From: a virus
Virus record (IMG/VR): IMGVR_UViG_3300035670_000111
Span: 24,240-88,239 of that record
DNA: 64,000 nucleotides
Strand: one strand, 5' to 3'
The first letter of the stretch is position 1, and each line of letters starts with the position of its first letter. The translations under genes were made by a program, and so were the position numbers. The notes below the pieces were generated by a model, which saw only the letters and a list, made by a program, of their open reading frames with translations, was not told where the DNA came from and did not search any database. This document shows positions 37,453 to 48,547 of this stretch, one piece after another.

Positions 37453-40227
37453 TTAACCGAAGTTTACGCTTGCGTTACCTAACGCTGTCCAAGCACCGCC
37501 ACGTCGTACTAGGGTGAAATTGTACACGTCAATGCGTCCTGAGGTAGATGTTGGAGTTGGCGCTTGTGCTCCGTACCATCTAATTGTTACTGGTGAACCG
37601 GCAACTTGTAGGGTAGCAGGGTAATAACCAGTTCCGCCTTGGGTAACAAAACCGGTAACGGTAAATGTTCTGCCATCTGTTGTAGGAGCGTTAGTGATGT
37701 TCCAGGTCATATTTCCAGAAGGAGTAGATGTAATCCAGAACACTGATCCGGATTGGTAGTTTAGAGTCGCAACGTTTGAGGCAAGCGCTACGTCTACTAC
37801 ATCTTCTACCAGCTCCTGCATACGGAATCCGCCAGTTATTGTTACCTCACCGCTAAATGAAGCGTTTCCAGATACATCCAGAGTTCCGGTAACTGTAGTG
37901 TTTCCTACACGTACTGGAGCAAAACTTACTCCAGCCTCTGCAAAGTTAACAGTTGAGACAGGTCGCTCTACTAAACCTCTAAATAATTTAAACGTTCCAC
38001 CATCGTTTGCATCTCGAGCCACACCAGAGTATTCTCTGCGTGAAGACACAGAAGCAGAACCGGCTGGAGAAACAGCGGCTGATGTTACGTTCGCATTTGT
38101 TTTGTCATAAGTAAACGTTGTAGCGGTTGGTACGTCTTGGATGATGTAAGTTCCATTGAATGTAGCATCTACTCCAGATACAACTACCTGGTCTCCAGCA
38201 CGATACGTGTGAGCAGCCGCAGTTGTTAATGTTGCTACGTTTGAGGTCAATGCTTTGTTTGTCACTGAGGCTAAGATTGGCGATACGGTTACTCCGTAAC
38301 GAAGCACAAGTCCTAGATCTAAAGCATCTGCAGCGTTACCGACACCCGCAAAGATTAGCGGGTCAGAAACTGCCAAGTTGTCTGTGGTAACTGTGGTTCC
38401 ACCACCACCGAAGGTAATAGCACCGGTGATATTTACGTTACCAAGGATGTTCATATCACCCTGGATACCAACTCCACCTACAACGGTAAGAGCACCTGTA
38501 GTTGGGCTGGTTGACGGTGTTGGGATTTCAATGTGGACTGAGACATCTGGGGTAATAACCATCTGTGTGTTGTCAGAGGCAAGACCACCGGCTGCAAAAA
38601 CAATAGCGTTTTCTTGTCCAGTATCGCTTGTTGCAAGGACTAGGTTTCCGTTACCTGGGGTTCCGTATGGAGCGGCCATAAAGATATAGCCATCGTTTAC
38701 TCCAGTAATAGTGAACTCAGGGTCACCAAATGTTGAGGATGTAATGCCCATATCAATGTAGCCAGAGAAGTCATTTCCATTATCTGGGTACGCGATAAAG
38801 TCAGTTGATACGTTAGTTCCAGAAGAGGTGTTGTGGATGATTAACTGTGAGAAGTCCGAGTCTGCATCAGTAGTAAATACGGCGATTGGGTTTGTCCAAC
38901 CTGTTACCGCACTTGCAGTTAATCCTGATCCTATAACTGAGGTTAGGGCTACATCTGCGCCAGCGCTATCGTAAGTGAAGGTGGTAGGTGTAGGGACGTC
39001 GATAATTTCTACTTCTCCGTCAAAATCCACATCGCCAATAGCAACAGTAACGAACTGGAATGGAGAAAACCCGTGAGCAACGGATGTAGTAATAGTTGCT
39101 ACGTTGCTGGCCTTCTCTTTAGCACTTACGGTTTTTACGTTTTCACCAATAGAGTCTGTTAAAGTTCTAGCGTCTGGTCCAACGTAAATAAGCTCTGAAT
39201 CGGCTTCAATCGCACCAGCCGTGTAAACATCTCCTGTGGCTGAGTCGACTGTAAACTTATTGGTGTCTACCTCAATGCCGCCATTGGCCGCTAAAGTGCC
39301 GGTTAAAGTTGTAAGACCTGTTACGTCTAAGTTGCCTTCGGTAGAGATATTTCCAGTAACTGAGGCTGATCCAGCAGGAGAAACTACCCCACCCGCATCA
39401 GTTGCTGTAGAGGTTGAATAACTAAACGTTGTGTCTGTGACCGCGGTAAGTAATGCTCCACCAGCGTTATACCCTGCGCCAACTCCGGTTACGATTACTC
39501 GGTCTCCAACGTCAAAGTAATGTTTTCCGTCAGTAGTTAGAGTTACTACGTTACTAGCAATAACCTTTTGAATAACATCAACTGATCGTGATGTGGTGGC
39601 AACATTTCCTTTTACGTTTGCGTCTCCGTCAACAGTTATGTCGGAAAGAGTTGATAGAGTTGTTACTGTTGGGGTACCTGACCAAGATGTAGCTGATCCA
39701 TCAGTTACTAAAACTGTGTTCTCATTTCCTACTTGATTAGGGAATGCGCCATCTACAAATAACTCCCAATAAGTTGTGTCAGTTGGAGTGTTTCCTGTTG
39801 TGCGTAAAATACAAATATATGCAGAACCACCGTAGGTTACTACGTCGCCAGGTTGGTAAGTTGTTACTCCAGCGTATGCTCCCTCATATTGAATACCATC
39901 AACAATGGTTGCCCAGTAAGTTCCATTAGGTGGACGGTTTCCAGTTGTGTCAGCAATGCAGATGTAACCTTTGGCGCCTTCAGTTACGAGGTCACCAATC
40001 TTGTACGCAGTTGCGTTGTCGTAAGCGCCTTTAAAGTCAAGGCCCTCAAGCATCAAATCCCAGTAGGTTGTGCTTGTTGGGAGATTACCGGTTGACTCTA
40101 GCGCGTTCTTGTATACGTAGAGGTTACCACCATAGCGGACTACGTCATTTAGTTCGTAGGCAGTGGCTCCAGAATAAGTCCCTTTAAATACGAAACGAAG
40201 TTTGCCTAGATCGATAATCTGAGCCAC
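37453..40227 (-). CDS. Long tail fibre
   Basis: GTG 40227 (MAQIIDLGKLRF); N-terminal Y-x2-GD-V...YW repeats; three TxTTxxxHx-Y/F modules. Confidence 0.85.
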   Translation of the reverse strand: MAQIIDLGKLRFVFKGTYSGATAYELNDVVRYGGNLYVYKNALESTGNLPTSTTYWDLMLEGLDFKGAYDNATAYKIGDLVTEGAKGYICIADTTGNRPPNGTYWATIVDGIQYEGAYAGVTTYQPGDVVTYGGSAYICILRTTGNTPTDTTYWELFVDGAFPNQVGNENTVLVTDGSATSWSGTPTVTTLSTLSDITVDGDANVKGNVATTSRSVDVIQKVIASNVVTLTTDGKHYFDVGDRVIVTGVGAGYNAGGALLTAVTDTTFSYSTSTATDAGGVVSPAGSASVTGNISTEGNLDVTGLTTLTGTLAANGGIEVDTNKFTVDSATGDVYTAGAIEADSELIYVGPDARTLTDSIGENVKTVSAKEKASNVATITTSVAHGFSPFQFVTVAIGDVDFDGEVEIIDVPTPTTFTYDSAGADVALTSVIGSGLTASAVTGWTNPIAVFTTDADSDFSQLIIHNTSSGTNVSTDFIAYPDNGNDFSGYIDMGITSSTFGDPEFTITGVNDGYIFMAAPYGTPGNGNLVLATSDTGQENAIVFAAGGLASDNTQMVITPDVSVHIEIPTPSTSPTTGALTVVGGVGIQGDMNILGNVNITGAITFGGGGTTVTTDNLAVSDPLIFAGVGNAADALDLGLVLRYGVTVSPILASVTNKALTSNVATLTTAAAHTYRAGDQVVVSGVDATFNGTYIIQDVPTATTFTYDKTNANVTSAAVSPAGSASVSSRREYSGVARDANDGGTFKLFRGLVERPVSTVNFAEAGVSFAPVRVGNTTVTGTLDVSGNASFSGEVTITGGFRMQELVEDVVDVALASNVATLNYQSGSVFWITSTPSGNMTWNITNAPTTDGRTFTVTGFVTQGGTGYYPATLQVAGSPVTIRWYGAQAPTPTSTSGRIDVYNFTLVRRGGAWTALGNASVNFG

Positions 40228-40547
40228 TAGTTTACCTCCAAGTAGAGATGGTCCGAGGACCAAGAGAACTTAAGCAGGCTGGTGGTCCAAACCCATACCT
40301 TGTAGTCATTATTCCTTAAAATGTTGTCTTTTGGTAGGTCAACCGCGTCTCCATCATTAGATTCAATTTTAGTGATGGTTAATTCTCCGGTAGAAGGGTT
40401 TAGTTTCCATCCGTAGAACGTCTTATCGCCTATTTCCTCAATTGTTGGGTAGCCACCGACAGCGCTTGCTAATGGCAAGGTGTCTCGGGAGTCATACCCT
40501 ATTACGGTCGCCCCAGTTAAGTCACTAGGGTCTGCATATCCTGGCAT
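40227..40547 (-). CDS. Fibre-associated hypothetical protein
   Basis: 106 aa, RBS AGGAG, coupled to fibre gene. Confidence 0.75.
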   Translation of the reverse strand: MPGYADPSDLTGATVIGYDSRDTLPLASAVGGYPTIEEIGDKTFYGWKLNPSTGELTITKIESNDGDAVDLPKDNILRNNDYKVWVWTTSLLKFSWSSDHLYLEVN

Positions 40548-40555
40548 TTCTTCTC

Positions 40556-40894
40556 CTATACCGTAGCTACTTGATCAATGCCCTGTAGGTAAAAAGCAAT
40601 GCCTTCAGAGCCTGCTACTTTAACTACGTCTGTTGGGTTTACCCCAAATCTATATGTTTCATACCCATTGAACCCAGTCACAGGTAATGAGTATGCAATT
40701 ATCCCATATTCAACTTCAGTAGTTGCTCCGTTAGGTATTACGTAAACGTAAATTACTCCGTCGGTAGCTTTTTTGTTAATAGCAATAACTGAAATTAGGT
40801 AGTTGTCATCTGCAGTAAATAGGGTAGTTCCGCTGGATCCAAAATCTACATCTGTAGCAAGATGAACTATTCCTCTGCGTTCAATTGCCGCCAT
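40556..40894 (-). CDS. Small beta-sandwich virion protein
   Basis: Follows collagen fibre; resembles 26814..27155. Confidence 0.7.
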   Translation of the reverse strand: MAAIERRGIVHLATDVDFGSSGTTLFTADDNYLISVIAINKKATDGVIYVYVIPNGATTEVEYGIIAYSLPVTGFNGYETYRFGVNPTDVVKVAGSEGIAFYLQGIDQVATV

Positions 40895-42847
40895 TTAGTA
40901 TCCTAACCACCACGTAGTTGCTAAATCAGCACTGCCAGCAGTGCCTGTTCCCGCTGGTCCTGTTGGACCAATCTCTCCTTGCGGACCAGTTGGTCCAGTA
41001 TCTCCTTGGATACCTTGTGGTCCAGTTGGTCCCGCAGGCGATGCGCCAACTTCAACCCAATAACTGTCATAGTATACAAAAGCTTTACCTGTTTCTGGGT
41101 CAAACCAAGCATCACCAGGATTAGCAGTTACTGGTAATGTTGAATAAGCAAAAGCTCCTAAAGGACCAGTTGGTCCAGTTGGTCCTGTTGGACCAGTTGG
41201 ACCGGTTGGACCTGCAAGTTGCCCAGCGTCATCCCATGTAGAAGTTAACGCATCCCATACCCAAACGTGCCCACCGTCTTCTTCAACAATCCAAGCATCA
41301 CCAGGATTACCGGTTTCAGGAAGATCAGCAATTAAAGTTTTTGTTCCAAGAAGATTAAATGATTCTCCTTGTGGTCCAGTTGGTCCAGTTGGTCCAATAT
41401 CACCTTGTGGTCCCGTCGGACCAGTAATACTTTCTCCTTGCTCACCTTGAGGTCCAGTAGGTCCTGTTTCTCCAATAGGACCAGTTGGTCCCGTTGGACC
41501 TTCTGCACCTTCTAAACCAGCTAGACCTTGTTCACCTTGCGGACCAGTTGGACCTGTTGGTCCTGTTGGTCCTGTTGGTCCTTGAGAGCCGGTAGGTCCT
41601 TGGATACTTCCAACGTTTTCCCAGTCAGAAGTAGTTGCGGACCAAACATATAAACTTCCATTTACTAAATAACTGTCACCAAGATTTCCAGTCGGATGAG
41701 CGGCAACTAAAGCTTCAAAACTCTCATAGGATCCAAGTATTGTTACGCCAGTTCCCTGTGCTCCAGTTGGGCCAATTTCTCCCTGAGGACCAGTAGGACC
41801 AGTAGCTCCAACTTCTCCTGTTGCGCCAGTAGGACCTGTTGCACCAATTTCGCCTTGAGCACCTGTTGGACCGGTTGCACCATCGGTACCAGGTAAACCC
41901 GCTAAACCTTGTTCACCCTGAGGACCTGTTGGACCAGTATCACCTTGTGCACCTGTAGGTCCAGTGACGCCTTGAGCACCTGTTGGACCAGTAGCTCCTG
42001 CTGCACCTGCGGGTCCTGTAGGACCTGTTACATTGCTATCTGCTCCAGTAGGACCAGTTGCTCCGGTAGGTCCGATTTCGCCTTGAGGTCCAGTAGGACC
42101 TGTAACGGTCGATGCCGCACCAGTAGGGCCGGTGGCACCAGTAGGACCTTGAGGACCTGTTGGACCGACAATTTGTCCTACGTTATCCCAAGTATTGCCT
42201 TCCCAAACGTAAAGATCTCCGTCGATGATGTAAGCATCGCCCTTGACCTGTCCAGTTATTGCATACAGTTGAGCGGTATTAGCTAAAGATCCTTGAATAG
42301 ATATTCCGGTTCCCATTGGTCCGGTAGGACCTGTAGGACCAGGGACTGTTGAAGCAGCTCCAGTAGGACCAGTAGGACCAGTTGCACCTTGTGGACCATA
42401 AGGACCTGTAACACCTTGTGCTCCTGTTGCTCCTGTAGGACCAATAGCTCCAGTTGGACCAGTGGCTCCTGTTGGACCAATTGGACCTGTTTCACCACGA
42501 GAACCAGTTGGACCAGTTGCTCCCGCTGTACCAATAGGCCCTGTTGCACCCGTTGGACCAGTGGGTCCAGTTACATTTGATGCAGCACCAGTAGCGCCAG
42601 TCGGACCTGTTGGTCCCTGTGCACCTGTAGGGCCTTGTGCACCAGTAGCACCGGTAGCTCCTGCAGCGCCTGTTGCGCCGGTAGCTCCGGTAGGACCAGT
42701 AATTGATGTGCCAGCAGCGCCTGTTGGTCCGGTTGGACCAGTTGGACCAGCAGGGCCTGTTGGTCCACTGCCGCCAGTTCCAGGCTCAACAATAACTACA
42801 GGAGTTGAATCCTCAGTTATTTCTATAATCTCGATTTCGTCAGACAC
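40895..42847 (-). CDS. Collagen-like fibre (GPT-rich) with interspersed globular knobs
   Basis: Extensive Gly-X-Y repeats; three GD[AS][YW]...[LV][YW]VW...W..[VA]G inserts. Confidence 0.92.
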   Translation of the reverse strand: MSDEIEIIEITEDSTPVVIVEPGTGGSGPTGPAGPTGPTGPTGAAGTSITGPTGATGATGAAGATGATGAQGPTGAQGPTGPTGATGAASNVTGPTGPTGATGPIGTAGATGPTGSRGETGPIGPTGATGPTGAIGPTGATGAQGVTGPYGPQGATGPTGPTGAASTVPGPTGPTGPMGTGISIQGSLANTAQLYAITGQVKGDAYIIDGDLYVWEGNTWDNVGQIVGPTGPQGPTGATGPTGAASTVTGPTGPQGEIGPTGATGPTGADSNVTGPTGPAGAAGATGPTGAQGVTGPTGAQGDTGPTGPQGEQGLAGLPGTDGATGPTGAQGEIGATGPTGATGEVGATGPTGPQGEIGPTGAQGTGVTILGSYESFEALVAAHPTGNLGDSYLVNGSLYVWSATTSDWENVGSIQGPTGSQGPTGPTGPTGPTGPQGEQGLAGLEGAEGPTGPTGPIGETGPTGPQGEQGESITGPTGPQGDIGPTGPTGPQGESFNLLGTKTLIADLPETGNPGDAWIVEEDGGHVWVWDALTSTWDDAGQLAGPTGPTGPTGPTGPTGPLGAFAYSTLPVTANPGDAWFDPETGKAFVYYDSYWVEVGASPAGPTGPQGIQGDTGPTGPQGEIGPTGPAGTGTAGSADLATTWWLGY

Positions 42848-43934
42848 TGAAATTTCCCTGGGTAGTCGTTACTTCTGTGCGAGTAAATACCTTGCCAGTC
42901 AGATACGTCTTAACTCCACCCAAGGAGTCTGTGAGTTGTATATCCCAATATGCAGTTCTAGGCAATGTTGCCGTCACTTCTGGATCAAGGTGAAGAAGCA
43001 GAGTATCTAGAGTTCCGCCAGAAACAGACGCTTCCTTTGTAATGTCAAATGTAGCAAGAATAAGAGGCCCAACTTGATTAACAGGATACTTTGGAAATAG
43101 CCGTATCTGCGAAAGAGGGGTAAGTGTAGCCAAATCCTTGTTGAACTTGAGACGGAGATTGAATTCGTCCCCAGCGTATATAGAAAGATCTCGTGTAGGT
43201 ACTGGACCTTCTGGAGTAATGTCGCCATAGTTTGGCATTGGAAGAAATACTCTTTGTGGCAGGGATCCGTCGTCGATTTCCTGTGGACGATAAACAGGTA
43301 CGTAGCGGTTTGTACGACGGCTGATACGACGTAAAGTAAAGGTTTCGATCTTGTACATTCCAAGACCCAGCATGTTGCAAAGCTCACGGTACTGTTCTTT
43401 ACGTTGCTGTACTAGCTCCATAAGCTGGCGATAGCGCTCAGAACGAGGGATAGAAACACCGTCTGGAGAGATAATATCAATGTCAAATGCGGCGTCTGTA
43501 GCTAGGGTATATAGGGCCATGCTTGAAGCCAAAATTACTAGTGGATACTCATCGATAGAAGGCAGCGTAGTCATAGTTGCCCTTGCGCCATTACTATCTA
43601 CAGTAGTTCTTGCATGCTCGTTAAAGGCAGTCTCTACGTAGTATTGAATTTCAGAGTCTGTAAAGTATTTAAATGTTGTGCCAGAAATAGTAACAGTGGC
43701 ACCGTCTACGGGAGCTGTAGCTAGCTCAATCATTCCAACGACCTCTTCTACAACTGAGGTGCTTGATACGTTGGTACTGCCCACCTTAACAATCAAGGTA
43801 GATGCTTTTACTGGGGCATAAGTTAATTGAAAGCGTTTATTAACGCCGTCACCTTGAAAGGTTTCTACAAAGGATCGGCCAATATCACCGATCTCAGCAC
43901 GAAGTCTGTCAGAAAGCGCTGTAAGCGTGGCCAC
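42840..43934 (-). CDS. Head-tail adaptor/neck protein with extra Ig-like domains
   Basis: LRAEIGD...FTDSEI motif; downstream of capsid genes. Confidence 0.65.
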   Translation of the reverse strand: MATLTALSDRLRAEIGDIGRSFVETFQGDGVNKRFQLTYAPVKASTLIVKVGSTNVSSTSVVEEVVGMIELATAPVDGATVTISGTTFKYFTDSEIQYYVETAFNEHARTTVDSNGARATMTTLPSIDEYPLVILASSMALYTLATDAAFDIDIISPDGVSIPRSERYRQLMELVQQRKEQYRELCNMLGLGMYKIETFTLRRISRRTNRYVPVYRPQEIDDGSLPQRVFLPMPNYGDITPEGPVPTRDLSIYAGDEFNLRLKFNKDLATLTPLSQIRLFPKYPVNQVGPLILATFDITKEASVSGGTLDTLLLHLDPEVTATLPRTAYWDIQLTDSLGGVKTYLTGKVFTRTEVTTTQGNFSV

Positions 43935-44002
43935 AAGATCCTCCGGCTATCATCAATCTAATCATCCAATTGTTTTGGATATTAATCCTGCTAAACATAA
44001 GA

Positions 44003-44040
44003 AGCCCACTCCAACAGGAGGGCGTTTGTTGGAGCGGGCA
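44003..44040 (-). terminator. Terminator-like hairpin with C-rich loop
   Basis: GCCCGCTCCAACA-loop-TGTTGGAGTGGGC followed by TTCTTATGTTT. Confidence 0.65.
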
Positions 44041-44054
44041 ACTTAATAGACGGC

Positions 44055-44420
44055 TTAGAGCCTGTCGTACAGATAGCCCTTCTCCTGAAGATGCTGAGCC
44101 ACTGCTTTTGATACTTTGTATTTTTTACCAGCTTGGAATGAGTAATGATTACCCACACCAATGGTTACAAAGTCCAAATCTTCCGCTACTCGGATTACTG
44201 TTGATTCATCTGCGGTGGAAACTCCAACGCTTTCGACTTCATCAATTACAGTAGGAACGCCTGGTACTGTTAGATCCACTACCTCTGTTTCTAAACGAGC
44301 TACGTCAACTGCCGTAGCAATTGACATTTCTTCTGCTCGCTTTGCTAGAGCCTCAGCATTTTGCTTAATAAGCTCTTCGCGTTGACGTCCAGTGACGTCA
44401 GTTACTTTTGCTTTTGCCAC
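44055..44420 (-). CDS. Hypothetical capsid-adjacent protein
   Basis: 121 aa, RBS AGGAG. Confidence 0.8.
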   Translation of the reverse strand: MAKAKVTDVTGRQREELIKQNAEALAKRAEEMSIATAVDVARLETEVVDLTVPGVPTVIDEVESVGVSTADESTVIRVAEDLDFVTIGVGNHYSFQAGKKYKVSKAVAQHLQEKGYLYDRL

Positions 44421-44446
44421 GATTATTGTTCTCCTAAAAGTTTAGT

Positions 44447-44478
44447 AGGGGAGCCGGTTTTCAAATATCCGGCTCCCC
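44447..44478 (-). terminator. Hairpin after major capsid gene
   Basis: GGGGAGCCGG...CCGGCTCCCC; weak U-tract. Confidence 0.6.
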
Positions 44479-44487
44479 CAAGATTTA

Positions 44488-45564
44488 CTAGTTGGTTTCT
44501 GCCAACACTACAGACTGGTCAGTAATTAGACCAAGACCGTAGATAGCATACCAAGCAAGCGCATGCTCACGACCGAAGTCAAGAATACCGCCATCGCGGA
44601 GCTCAACTGGTAGAGAGATTGCGTGACCAAATGCATTGTCACCAATAAAGATAGCTGTGTAGCGATCCTTGTTACCGTTACCGGTCTTTGTTACTGGAGT
44701 GGTGTAACCGCCACCAGTTGGGTAGACAATTGAGCCAGGAGCAACAGCGGTATCGGTGGTGTAACCAGAACCTGCACCGTTTGTTACTTTCTGGATTTGG
44801 GTTGTCTCAATGAATACTGTGTCGTACAAACGACCGATTTCACCGAGCATGAAGTTACCTGGAGCAGCGTACTTAGTTACTTCGATGAACTCTGGGAGGT
44901 CACGAAGACGACGGCTCTGGTGTGGGTGAACGAATGCCACATAGGTTTCACCCAACCGTGGAATGTTCTTGGTTGCTAGAGTCTCGACAGCGTCCTTAAC
45001 AGTGTGAGTTGTAAGGTGGAAGTTACCAGTCAAGGAAGCACGTGATGTTCCAACGGTTCCTGAGGTATACCAGTCGTTAACAGCAACGTTAGCAGAACGA
45101 TCATAACCGTAAATAACGGAAGATGCTGCCATGAGTGTGTCACGAGCTTGTCCATCGAGATAGAGGGCCATGTTACGGCCAAGTAGACGTGAGGCTGATG
45201 CCATTACGTCATCGAATGATGCGTTCAATAGAAGCTCAGAAACTGCAATAGCATAACCATGCTCAGCAACAGTAATTGAGAATTGCTGTGCGGTTAGTGC
45301 CTTAGTTTCCATGCGAACACCTTCGACAAGTGCTGATGCAAAGCCGAGGTTGTTGTAACGCATAAAGTTGATCTGAAGACCTGGTGCAACGCCAAGCTCT
45401 GTCTTCTTAACAGCGAACTGTTCGAAGCGAAGAATTGGCATCGACTGGAAAAGAATTTCCTTTGACCAGATCGTCTGGATTGCTTGCGTAAGCTGGCTAT
45501 TTGCGCCAGAGTACGCTGTAGGTGCGGCAGCTAAATTGCCGGTACCTGTGAGGGCTGATGCCAT
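44488..45564 (-). CDS. Major capsid protein (N4-gp56-like HK97 fold)
   Basis: LVEGV, FVHPHQ..L, GEIGRL...FIET; strong codon bias; follows scaffold. Confidence 0.92.
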   Translation of the reverse strand: MASALTGTGNLAAAPTAYSGANSQLTQAIQTIWSKEILFQSMPILRFEQFAVKKTELGVAPGLQINFMRYNNLGFASALVEGVRMETKALTAQQFSITVAEHGYAIAVSELLLNASFDDVMASASRLLGRNMALYLDGQARDTLMAASSVIYGYDRSANVAVNDWYTSGTVGTSRASLTGNFHLTTHTVKDAVETLATKNIPRLGETYVAFVHPHQSRRLRDLPEFIEVTKYAAPGNFMLGEIGRLYDTVFIETTQIQKVTNGAGSGYTTDTAVAPGSIVYPTGGGYTTPVTKTGNGNKDRYTAIFIGDNAFGHAISLPVELRDGGILDFGREHALAWYAIYGLGLITDQSVVLAETN

Positions 45565-45609
45565 GTCGGTCTTACTCCTTAGTGTTTAGTTTAATAAGTT
45601 ATAACTTAA

Positions 45610-46383
45610 CTACCCGAAGATTCCCTTGCCACGATCAGCTGCTACTGTTCCTAGCAACTTCCCGCGGTATTTTGCGTACTCGGTAACCGACATAGCGGCT
45701 ATTTGCTCCGCTGTAAACTGCTGTTGGTCCGAATTTGTGTCCAGGGGTCCGGAAGGTGGCGCGGTTACCCGGCTACCTGTCATTTCACGACGAGCAGACT
45801 GCATAGCCTGCTGTGCTGAGTCAAGGATACGCGATGAGCGCTCCTTTAATCCTGCGATACTTTGCTCTATTTCTTCCTTGGTATTACCAGTGATTAGGTC
45901 GAGCAACTCGGGGATGATGTTTTCACGCTCCTCATTTAGGCGACCTGAGCGATACTCGCTTAATTCAGCGAATTGGCGCTCGCGCTCTAGGAGGGTGAAT
46001 GCTTTTTCCCTCTCGAGTCTTTCTGACTCAAGTTTTTCCGCCCATTCTTTTTCTTTTGTTTCCAAAAGCTGACGGACGTCCATCTCAGCTTCGGCCTTCT
46101 TACGGGCCTCAGCTTCTTGTTCTGCACGAAGCCTCTCAGCTTCTGCGAGACGTTCTTCGCGCTCCTTCTTCAGAACGGCAAGCTCTTCCTTTAGAGAATC
46201 TATTTGTGGGTAGAGCTTAGATTTCTCTTGCTCACGCACTTTCTTTAGATCCTCCTCAGTATAAGACTTGTTAGGAGTCTGCGACTGGACGGGTGCTACG
46301 AGTGTATCTGTCGTTGCCGGAACATCCTGGAAAAACGCTTCCTGGGCTTCAGGCGAATCAACAATATTAGTTGTTTCTGACAT
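45610..46383 (-). CDS. Capsid scaffolding protein
   Basis: Acidic coiled coil ending IAAMSVTEYAKYR; between portal and capsid genes. Confidence 0.85.
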   Translation of the reverse strand: MSETTNIVDSPEAQEAFFQDVPATTDTLVAPVQSQTPNKSYTEEDLKKVREQEKSKLYPQIDSLKEELAVLKKEREERLAEAERLRAEQEAEARKKAEAEMDVRQLLETKEKEWAEKLESERLEREKAFTLLERERQFAELSEYRSGRLNEERENIIPELLDLITGNTKEEIEQSIAGLKERSSRILDSAQQAMQSARREMTGSRVTAPPSGPLDTNSDQQQFTAEQIAAMSVTEYAKYRGKLLGTVAADRGKGIFG

Positions 46384-46490
46384 ATATATTCCTTAGGTTT
46401 TGGAGGTCGTTGTCCGAATTAATGCCACGATGACCTGCGGATTTATTTGGGAATAGGCTTGCAAAGAAATGGTTTTTTGTCAGCCTAAAC

Positions 46491-48203
46491 TTAGTTATCC
46501 CCGTATTTAGAGTCTTCTGGTGAAGTACCTCTACGTTGAGGGATTTTGGTTCCATATGCTTTGGTAACCAACTCTGTGGACATTTGCTCGAGTGTCTGTG
46601 CCTCGAACGGAGTTACGACGCCAGGTTGTCCTGAAGGACCTGGGCCGACACCAGCGCCAACATCATTTCCAGGAGCGGGTTCCATGCCCTGGTTTTCTGG
46701 TAGCAAGCCGGTTAGGGAAGCAATAGCTGAGTTAATTTGGGACCTAATTAGGTTAAGAGCCCCATCTGCCTTGGCATCTTCAATGAGCTCTGTACGAATT
46801 TCGTCGAGCTTCTCGTCTGGGAATTCTTCGCCAAGAGTGCGAAGGGCGCCTTTACGGCTTTCAAGATTCATTCCCATCTTAGTTTGGATCTCGTTCAACA
46901 CAATCAATTTATCAAGAGGCAACGGTTGTGGGAAATGTACGGTTGTCTCGTAAGTTAGAGGGTCATTAATGTCTAGAACTGGACGTTGATCTGGCTTTAT
47001 TGGTCCATTAAATTCTGGATTGTATATAAATAGTTCAGGCTCTTTTACAGCAAGAGTTAGGAGAACTAGTTCATTGATGCGTGTAATTCCTTGGCTGTAC
47101 TGCGTAATCTTTTGATTGTATCTGTTCATCAAAGGCTGGTATTGAATAGCCAATGCAACACCAGAGGTATTTGAGATCGGTTGAACTTCACCCAACGCTG
47201 ACTGAGGAACTCCGATCATTTCGTGCATTGCACGTTTAATAATTTCTAGGTATTGAATTGCTCCCTGCAGACCTTGTCCGCCACCTTCTAGATTAAATAC
47301 TTGGGCATCCTTAGGGAGACCTCCCCAGACCTTTTTAGGTCCCTTCTCAAGGGAAGATGCCTTAGCTCCAGTGATAACTGTTACAGGAGCAGCGTGGTAA
47401 TTAACAATGTCTGCTACGTCTGTAGCAATTTCGTTATAGCTTCTGTTAAGAACAATTATGTCGTGGCAATCAGATAATCCCCATGGAGATCCGGATACTC
47501 GAACATTTGGTATGTGAACAATAGGAACTTTACCTATTGGGTTAGGACGTGAATCAATCAACTCATCGTTGATGTATTCTTCAATTCTGTCGTCAGTAAG
47601 AATTTCTGTATATGTATAAACTTGACGTGTACCTTCTAAAGATGTGCCCCAGAAACGATACTTTAATTTAAATCTAATCAATCGATCACGATCATGCGGG
47701 TGAAACTCTGGAAAACAGAACGAGGAGTTAAGCGGGAGTATTCTTACTCTACCTGGATTGCGTCTTCCTACGCTATCTTCAAATGCTTCTTCATATGCGA
47801 CCTTAACAAAACAATCGCCTGATACCCCGCCTTGCTGACCCATTTCCCACATAACGCCGTGCTTATTGTTATCTACTTCCCATACACGCTGTAGGATGTC
47901 TGGAACTATTGCTTCTGTTGGATAAGGGCTACGGAAGATAGCTCCACGTCCAAAACTAAAATTAATTATGTAATCTGTAAACGCCCTGTAGTAGTTGTAT
48001 ACCATTTGAGATTCGCCGATTTCTCTGCGATATGCCCAATGATGTCCTAGATACATCGCCCAGTTAAGCGAGTAACGATTTAAGCGAGGACCATGTACTT
48101 CAAATTCTTCGTCTGCAAGTTCTACAAGTCCAAGAGGAGAAATTGATATTGTTAAGTCAGAGGAGGCGGCCCTATACGACGGAGGACTAAAATCAATACT
48201 CAT
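46491..48203 (-). CDS. Portal protein (SPP1 gp6-like)
   Basis: PIVHIPN...WGLSD, SGVAL motifs; position after terminase. Confidence 0.9.
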   Translation of the reverse strand: MSIDFSPPSYRAASSDLTISISPLGLVELADEEFEVHGPRLNRYSLNWAMYLGHHWAYRREIGESQMVYNYYRAFTDYIINFSFGRGAIFRSPYPTEAIVPDILQRVWEVDNNKHGVMWEMGQQGGVSGDCFVKVAYEEAFEDSVGRRNPGRVRILPLNSSFCFPEFHPHDRDRLIRFKLKYRFWGTSLEGTRQVYTYTEILTDDRIEEYINDELIDSRPNPIGKVPIVHIPNVRVSGSPWGLSDCHDIIVLNRSYNEIATDVADIVNYHAAPVTVITGAKASSLEKGPKKVWGGLPKDAQVFNLEGGGQGLQGAIQYLEIIKRAMHEMIGVPQSALGEVQPISNTSGVALAIQYQPLMNRYNQKITQYSQGITRINELVLLTLAVKEPELFIYNPEFNGPIKPDQRPVLDINDPLTYETTVHFPQPLPLDKLIVLNEIQTKMGMNLESRKGALRTLGEEFPDEKLDEIRTELIEDAKADGALNLIRSQINSAIASLTGLLPENQGMEPAPGNDVGAGVGPGPSGQPGVVTPFEAQTLEQMSTELVTKAYGTKIPQRRGTSPEDSKYGDN

Positions 48204-48472
48204 TAAAGTTGACCGCTCATTTTCTTAGCTCTTTTCATGCGAGCCACTTTTGCCTTCTTTTTCTTTTCTAATTCTGCTTTAGGGTCCCTTAACTTTGGGT
48301 TTACTTCTTTTAATGAGCCTACCCAAGATCCACCACTTTTTTCGTATTGTTGGCTTGCCCAACGATTTGCAGCAAATGATGTGTGAGCTTGTGGACTTCT
48401 TGGAGGATATTTAGCAAGAGCTTGCTTCATTAAGCTGTTCCACAGCTTTTGATTTGCAGCAACTTTTGCCAC
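48203..48472 (-). CDS. Small basic protein
   Basis: ANRWASQQYEKSGGSW; coupled to portal. Confidence 0.75.
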   Translation of the reverse strand: MAKVAANQKLWNSLMKQALAKYPPRSPQAHTSFAANRWASQQYEKSGGSWVGSLKEVNPKLRDPKAELEKKKKAKVARMKRAKKMSGQL

Positions 48473-48492
48473 GGCTCTCCTAAATCTAAATT

Positions 48493-48534
48493 GAGGTGCC
48501 CGGCTTCAAAGAAGGGAGTATGAAGCCGGGTACC
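48493..48534 (-). terminator. Long hairpin with CU-rich loop
   Basis: AGGTACCCGGCTTCA-TACTCCCTTCTT-TGAAGCCGGGCACCT. Confidence 0.55.
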
Positions 48535-48547
48535 TAGTGTAGCGTAA

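Noticed and set aside
40895-42847. Dense GGACCAACT-like DNA repeats as CRISPR or tandem element
   Set aside because: 9-nt periodicity is fully explained by Gly-Pro-Thr coding; no repeat-spacer structure.
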